From positions 10,416,001-10,480,000 of the forward strand of contig NC_135762.1 of NCBI RefSeq assembly GCF_052425735.1: a stretch of 64,000 bases of DNA, given 5' to 3'. Below the pieces are notes generated by a model. The model was not told the DNA's origin. It saw nothing but the letters and a program-made list of their open reading frames with translations, and ran no database searches. The translations under genes were made by a program, and so were the position numbers. The DNA comes from Oculina patagonica (Eukaryota). Shown one piece after another: positions 25,040-35,466 of the stretch. Position 1 is the first letter of the stretch. Every line of letters starts with the position of its first letter.

Positions 25040-25620
25040 CCCTCGGACGTACAAGCAAACTCATACCCCCACCATCGTACAAGAGGGGGTGGATGGAACC
25101 CCTCCCCGAAGTTTTCGTTATATTAAGGCGTAGCGAAATTCTTTTGCACTGAGAAGAAAGCCCTTAGCTTATTCTACAAGATGACATAACTTTAATTGAC
25201 TATGACGTCATATGACGTCACGTGACGTCATTAGAGCCGCCATCTTGGATCCACCATCTTGGATTTCAACATTTTCTTAGCAAGTCACAAAATAACGGAA
25301 ATTGATGCATAATTAAGTAAGAATGTTTATGAAATGTAAAAATAAACAAATTTAGCACTTCTGTCTCAAAAAAACTTGAAAAAATAAAGAAAAATGTTAA
25401 AAACGACGCTTTTTGGCAAGACCTGCTTGTATTTGTGACGTTGCCATGGCAACGTCAAGTATCATGGATACATGGTTGACATATCAAAATTTCCGCAAAG
25501 GATGAATGAACAGGTACTGAAAGTTTAAGCATTGTACAGTAAATCCTTTTTTTCAAAATTTGGAAAAAACCTTATGGGGGGGGGGGGTGGATGCCCCCCC
25601 CTCCCTTGGACGTCCGAGGG
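25040..25620 (-). mobile_element. piggyBac-like MITE, family A copy 3 (inverted)
   Basis: ttaa|ccctcggacgt ... acgtccgaggg|tgaa; internal sequence is the reverse complement of copies 1 and 2. Confidence 0.85.
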
Positions 25621-25864
25621 TGAAATAAAACATAAAAATAATAATAAAACTAAAAAAGCTTCACAGGCAGTTTATAGTGGAGCAAAAATAGAAGCTAAAA
25701 AACCTACGATCAGGCGTTCTCTTTTTGGCGGCGGGAGGAAGAAGTGAAAAAAAAAAGCCTGATCGCAGGTTATAAAAACTTAACGGCTTTTAAACATGTT
25801 AGTACTTGTGCTTTCTTGTTTTATATTACGATCTTTTTTATATTTAACATGGAGTCTTCTTATG

Positions 25865-26108
25865 TGCCACCAGTTTTGCTAGCAGTTCGTCTTTTTGCTG
25901 TGGTGCCATGAATTCTGATTTGCAGCACGAACGAAATTCTTATAACGCCAAAAAACACTGGTAAATGAGCAATGTTTCCCAAAAATTAGTTCTTAATGCA
26001 AATATAATTACCGGATTTGCTGCTGTAATAATGTAATAAGAAAAGGAAGCAGATAAAAGGCAAAAACTTCAATCAAATTGCACCTGTCTTTGATAAAAAA
26101 ATCAGTTC
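25865..26108 (-). pseudogene. Decayed GPCR 3' fragment (ECL3, TM7, C-tail)
   Basis: Aligns to 29360-29590 (cagca(c/t)gaacgaaat ... taatgcaaa.a.aattaccggattt ... tcaatcaa.ttgcacctgtctttgataaaa); no ORF of 60 aa or more covers it. Confidence 0.75.
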
Positions 26109-26325
26109 CTCCTATAGTGTTTCTTCAATTTTTTTGGGTGGAATTGGGATAACTTTTGCTCGCTAAAGCTGTAATACGCTGATCAGGATAATAGTGATAC
26201 TTCTGGTTGTTCTAAAGAGCAAAATAAACTGGTAATAACAAGTCAAATTTGCGAGAGATAAACATAAGCCTGAACGCTTTCAGAGAGAAGAAGAGAGAAG
26301 CTTGGCCAAGGAAACTCGCTTAAAT

Positions 26326-26563
26326 GGGGACGTTAAAGAACCCACACACTCATCGTAAAGCGTAGGGCATGAAGTTCCCGGTGTTGTGATCTGTTCTATT
26401 CTATTGGTTGGGTGGTGGGGTGAGATCATACACATGGACGGATAGCGGCTGCCAAAGGCGCCTGATATGCTGATGTCCGGTCTCATCACATAATTCTAAT
26501 TGTAAAGCGCATTGAGCTTTGTAAATGCGCTATATAAGCACTTATATCATTCGTCATTCATTC
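26326..26563 (+). mobile_element. 5'-truncated SINE with Deu/Nin-like core and L2-type tail
   Basis: gggacgttaaagaacccacacact...gtagggc...cccggtgt core and 3' tail tgtaaagcgcattgag...gcgctatataag followed by (cat/tcat)n. Confidence 0.6.
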
Positions 26564-27134
26564 AAATGAGCCATCTGCTTTAAATTAAGTCCCACTTCGT
26601 GACCTAAACAACATGATTAACATCCATTTCATCAATTGTATTTCCTTTTTGATTCAATGGCAAAAAATCTGACGAACGCTAAGCACAGATAGGCGTGATA
26701 TTCTTTGGTCACTAAACCGTAGAAATGAAGAAAGAAAAAAAGATCTCGAAAGGCAGAAATGTTTCTGCCAGTGAATGAACCTGACAGCCTAGTCAGATTC
26801 TTGGACAGGAGATTAAGATGAGAAAACGCAAGAAGAGGTCCATAACCGGAAGTGAACTGATTTATTCATTTTTCACAAGGACAACTAAATCAGTTATATG
26901 CTTGTTACGTTAATGGGTACAACTTAAAAAAAAATAATGATAGATAGACCCCATTATTTTACACCTTTATTATTCAGTGTCACCCCTTTTTTACATTTTT
27001 AAGTCGAAACCAAAATTGCTAAGTTTATCAGAAAAGTTCAGATTCTCACTGAAGAGTACCTTGCCTTTCGTTTCGTGTTCTCCTTGTTAGATTTCTTTAA
27101 ATTAGATTCAATGCGTTTATGATTGTTTACTTCG

Positions 27135-27943
27135 GAGGGTCCTGAAGGGGAGGTTCTAAATCCCATTTCCCAGCCAAAATTTTTCCCAAATCCCATTTCC
27201 CAGCCTATTTTTTGCTCCAATCCCAGTCCCAGTGGTGAAAGTTTTGGTAAATCCCAGTGAAGGAAAATCTGGGCGCAAACGCACTATACTTGCAGTTATT
27301 GTGTTGTTTTAATTGTCCTAAATCACGTTTTTATTTCTGCTGGTCATTAATCTGTTGAGTATATTACTTTTTATTTATTCATTTGTTCGTTTGCCTAAAA
27401 GAGAATTAGAAATAAACTGATATTTACTGATTCACTGAGCCTTTCTCAAATGCAACTACTGACAACGACTTCCTATCACTTTTATTGAACATTTCCATTT
27501 GTTCGTGAGTCCGGAGAACGAATGGCGCCTTGTGTGAAAATTCCTGGGTCAACCAAGTCTATATAAAAATATGCACACCTAAATCGGTAAATCCCCTTCG
27601 TTTTCTGACATTCTCAACTCCACATATCCGAATCAATGTTTTCTCCAGTTCTTTTGGTGAGTAATTCAGAGGAATCTCTAATTTACAATTTTCCGTGTAT
27701 GTTACAAGGTTAGTAGAGGAATTAATTGTTTATCTTGCCGTCACAAGTTCCACCAAATCTCGTACCTCGAGTCTTCGTTCCCTCCTACGTAAGCTTGACG
27801 AAACAAGCGACTCTCGAAAGTTTTTTTTTTGTTTGTGAATCCCAGTCCCAGTGACCCAAATTTCATTTTCCCAGTGAAAACATGTGCAAATCCCAGTAAA
27901 AAGAGGGAAATCCCAGTTCCCATTTTACCCCTTCAGGACCCTC
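27135..27943. mobile_element. MITE with 6-bp target duplication
   Basis: TIR gagggtcctgaagggg / ccccttcaggaccctc with TSD acttcg; internal aaatcccag repeats. Confidence 0.85.
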
Positions 27944-27987
27944 ACTTCGCGATGTTGGCGTTTAAGTGAAAATTAATCTAGGTTTAA

Positions 27988-28775
27988 GGTCGCGGGGGAT
28001 ACCTACAGCATGAATAAATTCATGAAGGGAAATTTTGCTTAACCTGCATCTTTTAAAACGCTTATTTCTCAGCTGTTATGGGTGCGATTATGCTCAAATC
28101 TAACAGAGACACAAAGAAATGATGAAAGATTGCGAATGTCGTCTTTTATTTGGTAGATTGCATTTAACGACGATGTTATAGCCTCGTGAGTGCCAAACTG
28201 GGAAAAACAGATTGCTGGCAGAGTTTGCGGAACGAGTAGGAGACAGCACACTGTGATCTTGTCAAAAACTAATCAGTCAATACCTCTAGAGTGTCATAAC
28301 AGAAGCGGATTTTTTAATTTAAAGTTTGCCAGCAAGTTACGGCGGTTTAAGTGCGCAAATTTGAATTTACTGTCTTCTACCTCTTTTTAAAAGCGCTCTT
28401 TTAAAATTCCGCTTCTGTTATGACACACTTCAGTATTCATAGTTTACCTATCTGCAGTGGCAAGTCAGTGGCGTTTTTAAACAGGACACGATTGTTTATG
28501 CCGAATATTTTTGTGATTACTCTGAGTTGCAGAAATATTCAAATTTAGATGAAAATAAGCTCAAAGACTTCCTACAAACTATACGAACGTATATCGCTGT
28601 GTTGTTTTAAATTGGTTAAAATATCAAAGAAACAGGGATTTTTTACAAATCACGCGCACGCGCCCATATTTTTGTCCAGTCATAAATATCTCGTAAAGTA
28701 CTCGATGTAGTGTTGTACTTCGGCATACGCTTTAAATAAATGCATAATGATGAGCCTAAGGTGTCCCCCGCGACC
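27988..28775. mobile_element. Kolobok-like MITE
   Basis: ttaa|ggtcgcgggggatacct ... aggtgtcccccgcgacc|ttaa; internal inverted repeat gtgtcataacagaagcgga / tccgcttctgttatgacac at 28291-28426. Confidence 0.8.
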
Positions 28776-29336
28776 TTAATGTAATGAACTTTTACTCAAA
28801 ACTAGTAAAAACTATTCACCTTGTACGATCAGAAACCTCGGAATACGTGGAGTTACTACTAATTATGTTGGCGTTCCTCCAAGCATATAAATTAATTATG
28901 ATATACATGTTTGCGACACTGATCACGACATTCATCTAAAAGAGTTGGCATTTTCTAAGGCATCGTCAGAGATTGCGAGATATAGGGTGTATTTTAAAAA
29001 GACTTCATTGTATTACTACGTTTATTCGACATTGAAAAGGAACTACATATATGTCGTTTGAACTTTCATTCAAATTTTTTGCTCATTTACACGAATGTGT
29101 TTACATGCCAGCCTATTGTTGATTGTTGTCCTAGGATTATCAGCTTTAAGTGCCAATTTCTCGGAGGCTATATTTTTCCATTATATTATTCTTTCTTATG
29201 TAAGTACTGACTATGTTTTATAACTCAAAATGAATAATTACTATTGTTGAAGTTCCCCTGTTTCCATGCTTTTGGAGGCAGCTAGGATAAACGTTGGTGT
29301 CAAGGCAAGGGGTATTAATTTCGACCTTTTTCATAT

Positions 29337-29792
29337 TTACCAGGAAGTCCTAATATATGCCACTAGTTCTGGTAGTGATTCGTTTTCTTGCTGCGGTGAT
29401 ATGGTTTCCGCTTTACAGCATGAACGAAATTTGCCAATCGCAAAAGGACACCCGTCAGGCAATGTTCTACGAAAATTGCTGCTAAATGCAAACAAAATTA
29501 CCGGATTTGTTGCCGCACTAAGCAAAGGACCCAGATAAAAAGAAAAACCCTCAATCAACTTGCACCTGTCTTTGATAAAAAGTTCAGGTGATAACATATT
29601 TAAAAACAAATAAAGGCAAAACAAAGAAAGCCACGTGAATAACACGACAACAATTGATTTAAATATTTTCATAATGTTTTGGTTCTGCTTATTTCTAAGT
29701 TGTTGGGTGTTGTCGCTTCTTGCGTTGCACATTGAGTTTAGCCTTTCTCTCAAAACGCGCATAATGTGGGAATAAAGAGTGATAATTGCAAT
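29337..29792 (-). pseudogene. GPCR cluster copy 5, 5'-truncated (only end of TM5 to C-tail remains)
   Basis: IAIITLYSHIMRVL...MKIFKSIV...DRCKLI...TNPVILFAFSSNFR is in frame and stop-free; homology ends abruptly at ~29790 where Helitron sequence begins; TM1-TM4 not found nearby. Confidence 0.88.
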
Positions 29793-32700
29793 ATGCTGAT
29801 CTTTCACCAGCGCAAGCATTTACCTGGCGATTTGCATCACACCCGCGATTTCCATATTGGGCACTTAACATGAAACAACGACATCAATTGTTATCACAGG
29901 CGCGCATTTACCTCACTCAGAACCCTCAAGATGCCAATTTAACAACTGAGGAACTTCGAGAAATGGTAAACCAGATGTCAGCACAACAACTCATGAATCG
30001 CCTTCAACGATATGTTGCTAAGATACAGGGAACAAGACAGTACTGGCACCAACGTTACCAAGAACTTAAGGCACTAATTACTCAGAAAGGCGCGCCAACA
30101 TTTTTTTTTACTTTCAGTGCAGCAGATAACTACTGGCCAGATCTACATCGTCTTCTTCAAGAGCCTGAGAATCCAACACCTTCTATTCGAATTAAAGCTG
30201 TCATAGATCATCCTCACCTTACAGATTCCTACTTTGTTACAAGACTGGAAGAATTTTGCACGCACTGGCTGGATAATGTACTGCGTACAGAATGGAAATG
30301 GCTTCGCTATGAGTGGCAAGCACGAGGCAGTATTCATGCACATGGTTGTGCAAAGCTTACCAATGATCCTGGACTATGCAATCTTGTAAAGGTAGCTGCT
30401 TCTGGATGGAAACTGCAGCAAATTCTGCGCCTCCATGAAGAACACCCATCTTATCAACAGCTGGCAGATGACTACAGGCCACACATAGATGAAGGAAATC
30501 AAGCCCAAGCAACAGTTATTAAATATGTAGACTGGCTAGTGACCACTATCAACGAGTCTCTGCCACAAGAAAACTGGACTGTACCTTCGCCACACCCATC
30601 AGCACTGCCATTTCAACAGACAGAAAATGAAGACAGCGACTACCATGCTCTGGTAAATTCAGTGGAACGTCACACTAAGTGCAGCACAGCCTACTGTATT
30701 AAAATTAAACCTGGCCAACCACCTGCATGCCGTTTCAATTACCCAAAGGAATGTCAGGATAACACTTCGATTGATTTCCAGCTCATAGTTAAAGGTTGCG
30801 ACGATGACCGGGAAATGACAGCAGATGAAATATCAAAAGCACGCGTCAAAGCAACAATTACTACTAAGCGCAATGATGATCGAATTAATTCCCACAACCA
30901 TGTTATGCTGCAACACTGGAGAGCAAATGTTGATCTTCAAGCAATTGTTGATACCGATCAATGCATCCGTTACATGGCAAAGTATGCAACGAAAGGAGAA
31001 CCAAGATCCCAGTCAGCATCAGACATACTTCAAGTGTGTGTGAACAGGCTTCGGGACAATGACATGGCTTCATCTGCATTACGTCGAGCAATGATTCAAG
31101 TTGTCGGCGATCGTGACATAGGATCACAAGAAACTGCTCACTTGCTTCTTGGAAAACCATTGTATTCCTCAACATTCGCATTCCTCTGTGTCTCACTGGA
31201 TGGAAGCCGAAGAGTTCGTACTGGACAGGATGAGAATGATAACCAAGGTGATGAAGCACTAGATCCTGCAATCATTGACACTTATGCTTCCAGGGCACAA
31301 TGGCAAGGAAATAACCCTGAAATTCAAAATCACAATATTGTGCAATTTGCATCCACTTACCAGGTAACAAAGGGAGAACTACGACGCCGTAAACAGGAAG
31401 TAGTCATCAGGACATTTCCAAATTTCTCTTCAAATCCATCTGGGAAGAACTATGGAAAATACTGCAAGTATCAGCTTATCAAATACAAGCCATGGTCTGG
31501 ACAAGTTAGCTCAGCATGGAATGAACTTGAAGACAATGATGACATCCACATACAATGCTACCATGACTTCCTCTCATCTGCAACTGCTTCAAATTATGTA
31601 CCTATGTTGGCACAAGAGCTAGAACAAGCCCACAATTACAGTGAACAAGGCAACGAAGAAGAAGATGATGATGAAGACAATGAACTACCAATCATACAAG
31701 AAGAACCAGAAGAATGGATGCTGCTGTGTCGGCTAAATCAACACTACGAAAACGATATCGCCCAAACAAATCCATCTCAAAACCAATCACAGTTTGACTG
31801 GACAGCAACAGCAAGAATGATGCCTTCTCATTTGGTTCGGGAATCAGCAAACTGGATATCAAAACAAAGAAATGAAGCAAGAGAAGATCCCACAGTGATT
31901 ATCAATCAGCGCCAGCAGGAACCGGTTAATGTCGATACACTCACCACCCATCAGCGTCTGGCTTATAATATAGTTGAAAATCACCAACAGAGCCTAACAA
32001 CTGACACTCCTCTTGAACCACTTTACATGATTGTTTTAGGTTCTGCAGGAACAGGGAAATCATATCTTATTAATACATTTTCAAATCTTCTAGGCAACAA
32101 CTGCATATTAACAGGTACAACTGGCATGGCTGGATACAATATTCAGGGATGTACTGCGCACTCTGCAGTACAGCTGCCGGTTCGTAACTACAACAACAAT
32201 GAGTTACAAGGAGCTGCTCTACAACGCCTTCAACTTCGCCTATCTGGGAAACATTACCTCATTCTTGATGAAATGTCTATGCTTGGACAGAGGACACTAG
32301 CTTGGCTTGATAAGCGGTTACGGCAAGCAACTGGAAAACTGCATGTACCACTCGGAGGAATTTCAGTTATTCTTCTTGGAGATTTTGGACAGCTGCCACC
32401 TGTTGGAGATAGGGCAATTTATTCTTCTCCCTCTGGATCAGTTCTAGGAGACCATGGCCATTCCATTTATACTCTTTTTGTCACTGTAGTAATACTCATG
32501 GAAAATGTTCGACAAGCTGGAAACAACCCAGAAGCAGAAATGTTCAGAGAACTTCTTCTCAACATACGAGATGGAAAAATTACTCAAGATGACTGGCAAA
32601 AACTTCAAGAACGAACACCACTAAATGTCAGAATGGAAGACTTTACAGATGCGGTGCGGTTATTTTTTGACAAACAAAGTGTCGCAAAGTATAATTTTGA

Positions 32701-33352
32701 GAAATTACACAGTCTTGGAACACCTATTGTTCGAATATCAGCTGTCCATTCAGGAAGAAATGCAAGGGCTGCAAAGTCAGATGATGCTGGAGGACTAGAT
32801 TCAGAAATTTTTCTAGCAAGAGGAGCAGCCGTCATGCTTACATCAAACCTTTGGCAGGAAGTTGGGTTATGCAATGGTGCCACTGGTGTTGTTCAAGACC
32901 TCCTATTTCATCCTGACCGCCCACCCCCGTGTCTACCTATTGCAACACTTGTACAATTTCCACAGTACACAGGACCAGCCTTTCTGGAAGACAACCCACA
33001 GACTGTACCTATTCCACCACACTTATTTGAATGGGAAAGTGAAGGACAGCGGTTATCGCGACAACAATTGCCACTTAGACTACGTTATGCAATGACAATT
33101 CACAAGTCTCAAGGTCAAACATTATCTCAAGCTGTCATCGACTTAGGAAAAGCAGAAAGAGCTGCTGGATGTACTTTTGTGGCTGCATCTAGAGTGCGCT
33201 CCTTACAAAATGTAGTGTTCCAGCCAATGTCTTTTCAAAGACTTCAGTCAATAGGCAAGAGTAAACAATTACAGCAACGACTCCACGAAGAAGAAAGGTT
33301 GCGACACCTTGCTCAAATTACAGCGGAACAATATCAACATCTCAATGTATAA
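29786..33352 (+). CDS. Helitron-family RepHel transposase (HUH/Y2 replication initiator plus PIF1-like SF1B helicase), N-terminally truncated; first ATG at 29870
   Basis: Rep motifs PTFFFTFSAAD, RYEWQARGSIHAH and YMAKYATK; helicase motifs GSAGTGKS, LILDEMSM, GDFGQLPPV, NLW...GLCNG and YAMTIHKSQGQTL; 1188 codons without a stop. Confidence 0.93.
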   Translation: MQYADLSPAQAFTWRFASHPRFPYWALNMKQRHQLLSQARIYLTQNPQDANLTTEELREMVNQMSAQQLMNRLQRYVAKIQGTRQYWHQRYQELKALITQKGAPTFFFTFSAADNYWPDLHRLLQEPENPTPSIRIKAVIDHPHLTDSYFVTRLEEFCTHWLDNVLRTEWKWLRYEWQARGSIHAHGCAKLTNDPGLCNLVKVAASGWKLQQILRLHEEHPSYQQLADDYRPHIDEGNQAQATVIKYVDWLVTTINESLPQENWTVPSPHPSALPFQQTENEDSDYHALVNSVERHTKCSTAYCIKIKPGQPPACRFNYPKECQDNTSIDFQLIVKGCDDDREMTADEISKARVKATITTKRNDDRINSHNHVMLQHWRANVDLQAIVDTDQCIRYMAKYATKGEPRSQSASDILQVCVNRLRDNDMASSALRRAMIQVVGDRDIGSQETAHLLLGKPLYSSTFAFLCVSLDGSRRVRTGQDENDNQGDEALDPAIIDTYASRAQWQGNNPEIQNHNIVQFASTYQVTKGELRRRKQEVVIRTFPNFSSNPSGKNYGKYCKYQLIKYKPWSGQVSSAWNELEDNDDIHIQCYHDFLSSATASNYVPMLAQELEQAHNYSEQGNEEEDDDEDNELPIIQEEPEEWMLLCRLNQHYENDIAQTNPSQNQSQFDWTATARMMPSHLVRESANWISKQRNEAREDPTVIINQRQQEPVNVDTLTTHQRLAYNIVENHQQSLTTDTPLEPLYMIVLGSAGTGKSYLINTFSNLLGNNCILTGTTGMAGYNIQGCTAHSAVQLPVRNYNNNELQGAALQRLQLRLSGKHYLILDEMSMLGQRTLAWLDKRLRQATGKLHVPLGGISVILLGDFGQLPPVGDRAIYSSPSGSVLGDHGHSIYTLFVTVVILMENVRQAGNNPEAEMFRELLLNIRDGKITQDDWQKLQERTPLNVRMEDFTDAVRLFFDKQSVAKYNFEKLHSLGTPIVRISAVHSGRNARAAKSDDAGGLDSEIFLARGAAVMLTSNLWQEVGLCNGATGVVQDLLFHPDRPPPCLPIATLVQFPQYTGPAFLEDNPQTVPIPPHLFEWESEGQRLSRQQLPLRLRYAMTIHKSQGQTLSQAVIDLGKAERAAGCTFVAASRVRSLQNVVFQPMSFQRLQSIGKSKQLQQRLHEEERLRHLAQITAEQYQHLNV

Positions 33353-33562
33353 TTCGTATTTAATTCTTCATTTGCATAATCATCTTGCACAAAGAAGACA
33401 GATTATGTATACCTAAGAGATTTCGTTCACTGACTTATTACAGGTGGGTATTTCGGTTCATTTCCTTTAAGGTAAACCAAAACATCTTTTGTCAGGTGAG
33501 TGACTTCAAAATTGATATTAGTGTACACTGAATAATATTACTACAGGAAGATTACAAAAATA

Positions 33563-33744
33563 CAGTGGAAACCTGATTTCTCAAACCGTAGATTTCTGAA
33601 AAAAAAACCCTGATAACTCATTACAAAAAGTTGTTTCCCTTGGATTTGTTAGACAGTAATTTTAACCCCAATAAAATTGGAACTACCACTTTCTCGAACC
33701 AATTTTCGTTTCTCTTGGAGGTTCAAGAAATCGGGATTCCACTG
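33563..33744. mobile_element. Tc1/mariner-like MITE inside the Helitron 3' region
   Basis: ta|cagtggaaacctgatttctcaaac ... gttcaagaaatcgggattccactg, an imperfect TIR. Confidence 0.7.
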
Positions 33745-33921
33745 CATATCGCAATATCAGATTACTCACTGTAGCTAATTGCCTAAACATCAATCAGGTA
33801 AGTGACTTTCATATAACTACAACTATTGTTTATAAAGTACTGTCAACTTCTCTAAATTAGCGCTTCCCCGTCCCCTCAACAAAATTTAACTCCTTGAAAA
33901 CCCCTTCACCTGCTTCAATTT

Positions 33922-34464
33922 ACAGAAGTTGTGGTATAAAATACTATCAGTGTACAGTGTATCTATCACAATTACAGTTGATACTCTCTACAGTAACCAC
34001 CCTCCAGCAAAATTAACTTACCATTGTATAGAGGTGGCCATTTTAGGCATGTTTCAGAAAGAGTAAAGTGTAACAGAAGTTGTGGTATAAAATACTATCA
34101 GTGTACAGTGTATATATCACAATTACAGGGCTGCAAATAATTTTTTTCACTTGAAAGGACATATGTCCTGCTAAGACACCATCTTGGTCGGACAAATCAA
34201 AATTGTCGTTGGACATTTTTATTCATTGTTGCCGTAAAATGATTTATTATCAAAAAAATTGTCCGGACATTATGTCCGTCCACACTTCAGATTTCGTCGG
34301 ACATGAGCAAATTTTTGCCGGACAATGTCCGATGACCGACTGTTATTTGCAGCCCTGCAATTACAGTTCAAACTCTCTACAACAACCACCCTCAAGCACA
34401 ATTAACTGACCATTGTACAGAGGTGGCCATTGTAGGCATGTGTCAGAACGAGTAAAGTGTAACA
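33922..34464. repeat. 151-bp tandem duplication, second unit interrupted by a MITE
   Basis: acagaagttgtggtataaaatactatcagtgtacagtgt ... gagtaaagtgtaac occurs at 33922 and 34073. Confidence 0.9.
34126..34357. mobile_element. hAT-like MITE with 6-bp target duplication
   Basis: TIR cagggctgcaaataa / ttatttgcagccctg with TSD caatta; the empty site is visible in the first tandem unit (~33969). Confidence 0.9.
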
Positions 34465-34616
34465 ATCAGTAAATGCTCTGAAAGACAAAACCTGCCAGTT
34501 GTGCAAAATAGGTGAATTGGCCATTACTATTGCATGTACACTAACATATATACATTTAAACTATTAGAGGATTTCAAACCAAAATCAGTGACTTTCGTAT
34601 CACTCGGTTATAATAA

Positions 34617-34854
34617 CAGTGGCAGATCTAAGGAACAGACCCTGGGGGCCTGCCCCTCCCCTTCCCCCTTATGTGTGAAACTTTTTTTTTAATTTTATTT
34701 TATTTGCAACACACATTACTTACAAGACATAAGTTAATGTGTAAAACCACTGAAGGACCAAATCAGATTTTGGACCATCACCTAACTTAAAGGTACAGAG
34801 TAACAAAAAAATTTTCCGGTCCCCACCTTATAGACAATTCTGGATCTGCCACTG
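34617..34854. mobile_element. MITE with CAGTGG termini
   Basis: TIR cagtggcagatc / gatctgccactg; related to 15957-16129. Confidence 0.75.
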
Positions 34855-35045
34855 TAAGAAACAGATTGAGGCCGACCCGTGATCAAAATATCACCTCTCC
34901 TAACAATAACAGAAAGAAGGTCTTGACATCAACTAAAAATAATTTGTATTCAATATTTCTAAAAATAAGGACAGTTTGCCACTTCAAATTACATAGCAAT
35001 GATTCACTTCGCCTATGACATAACAGAAAAATTAAGTAAAACCTA

Positions 35046-35213
35046 AATAGGCCATTTCCAACATATTAAAATTCTAACTTGGCTCCGAGGCATGGGGGAT
35101 TAAAACAAAAGATATCACGTCAAGCTTCAGGGATGAATAAATCATTTCTTTTGTTTTATCCCCCCAAGCCTCAGATCCAAGTTAGAATATTAATATATCA
35201 AAATTGGCCTATT
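35046..35213. mobile_element. Palindromic foldback MITE
   Basis: aataggcca...attctaacttgg..gaggc.tgggggat.aaaacaaaaga / tcttttgttttatcccccaagcctc...ccaagttagaat...tggcctatt. Confidence 0.75.
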
Positions 35214-35364
35214 GTAACTATAGCTTATAGGAAAACACAACTAACAAAATGAATATACATGTACTGTATTTTAAAATCATTTATTTCCAATAAACAAAGC
35301 CACTAGCTGGCTTCATTTCAAAACAGTCTGTTCATTATACCTAGGGGAAGGGGGTCTCAATGCC

Positions 35365-35466
35365 AAACCTCGTTCCCAGGGTCTCTCATCCTCCCGCCCC
35401 CTAGGGCGAGAGAAAAGAGGAGGGCTCTAGGGGGCGGGAAGATGAAACACCTTGGGAACGAGGTTG
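35365..35466. mobile_element. Short palindromic repeat element
   Basis: aacctcgttccca...cccgcccccta / tagggggcggga...tgggaacgaggtt. Confidence 0.7.

Noticed and set aside
29786-33352. Cellular PIF1 gene or endogenous ssDNA virus Rep
   Set aside because: A Y2 HUH Rep fused to an SF1B helicase in one intronless ORF is the Helitron architecture. CRESS virus Reps use SF3 helicases and cellular PIF1 lacks a Rep domain.
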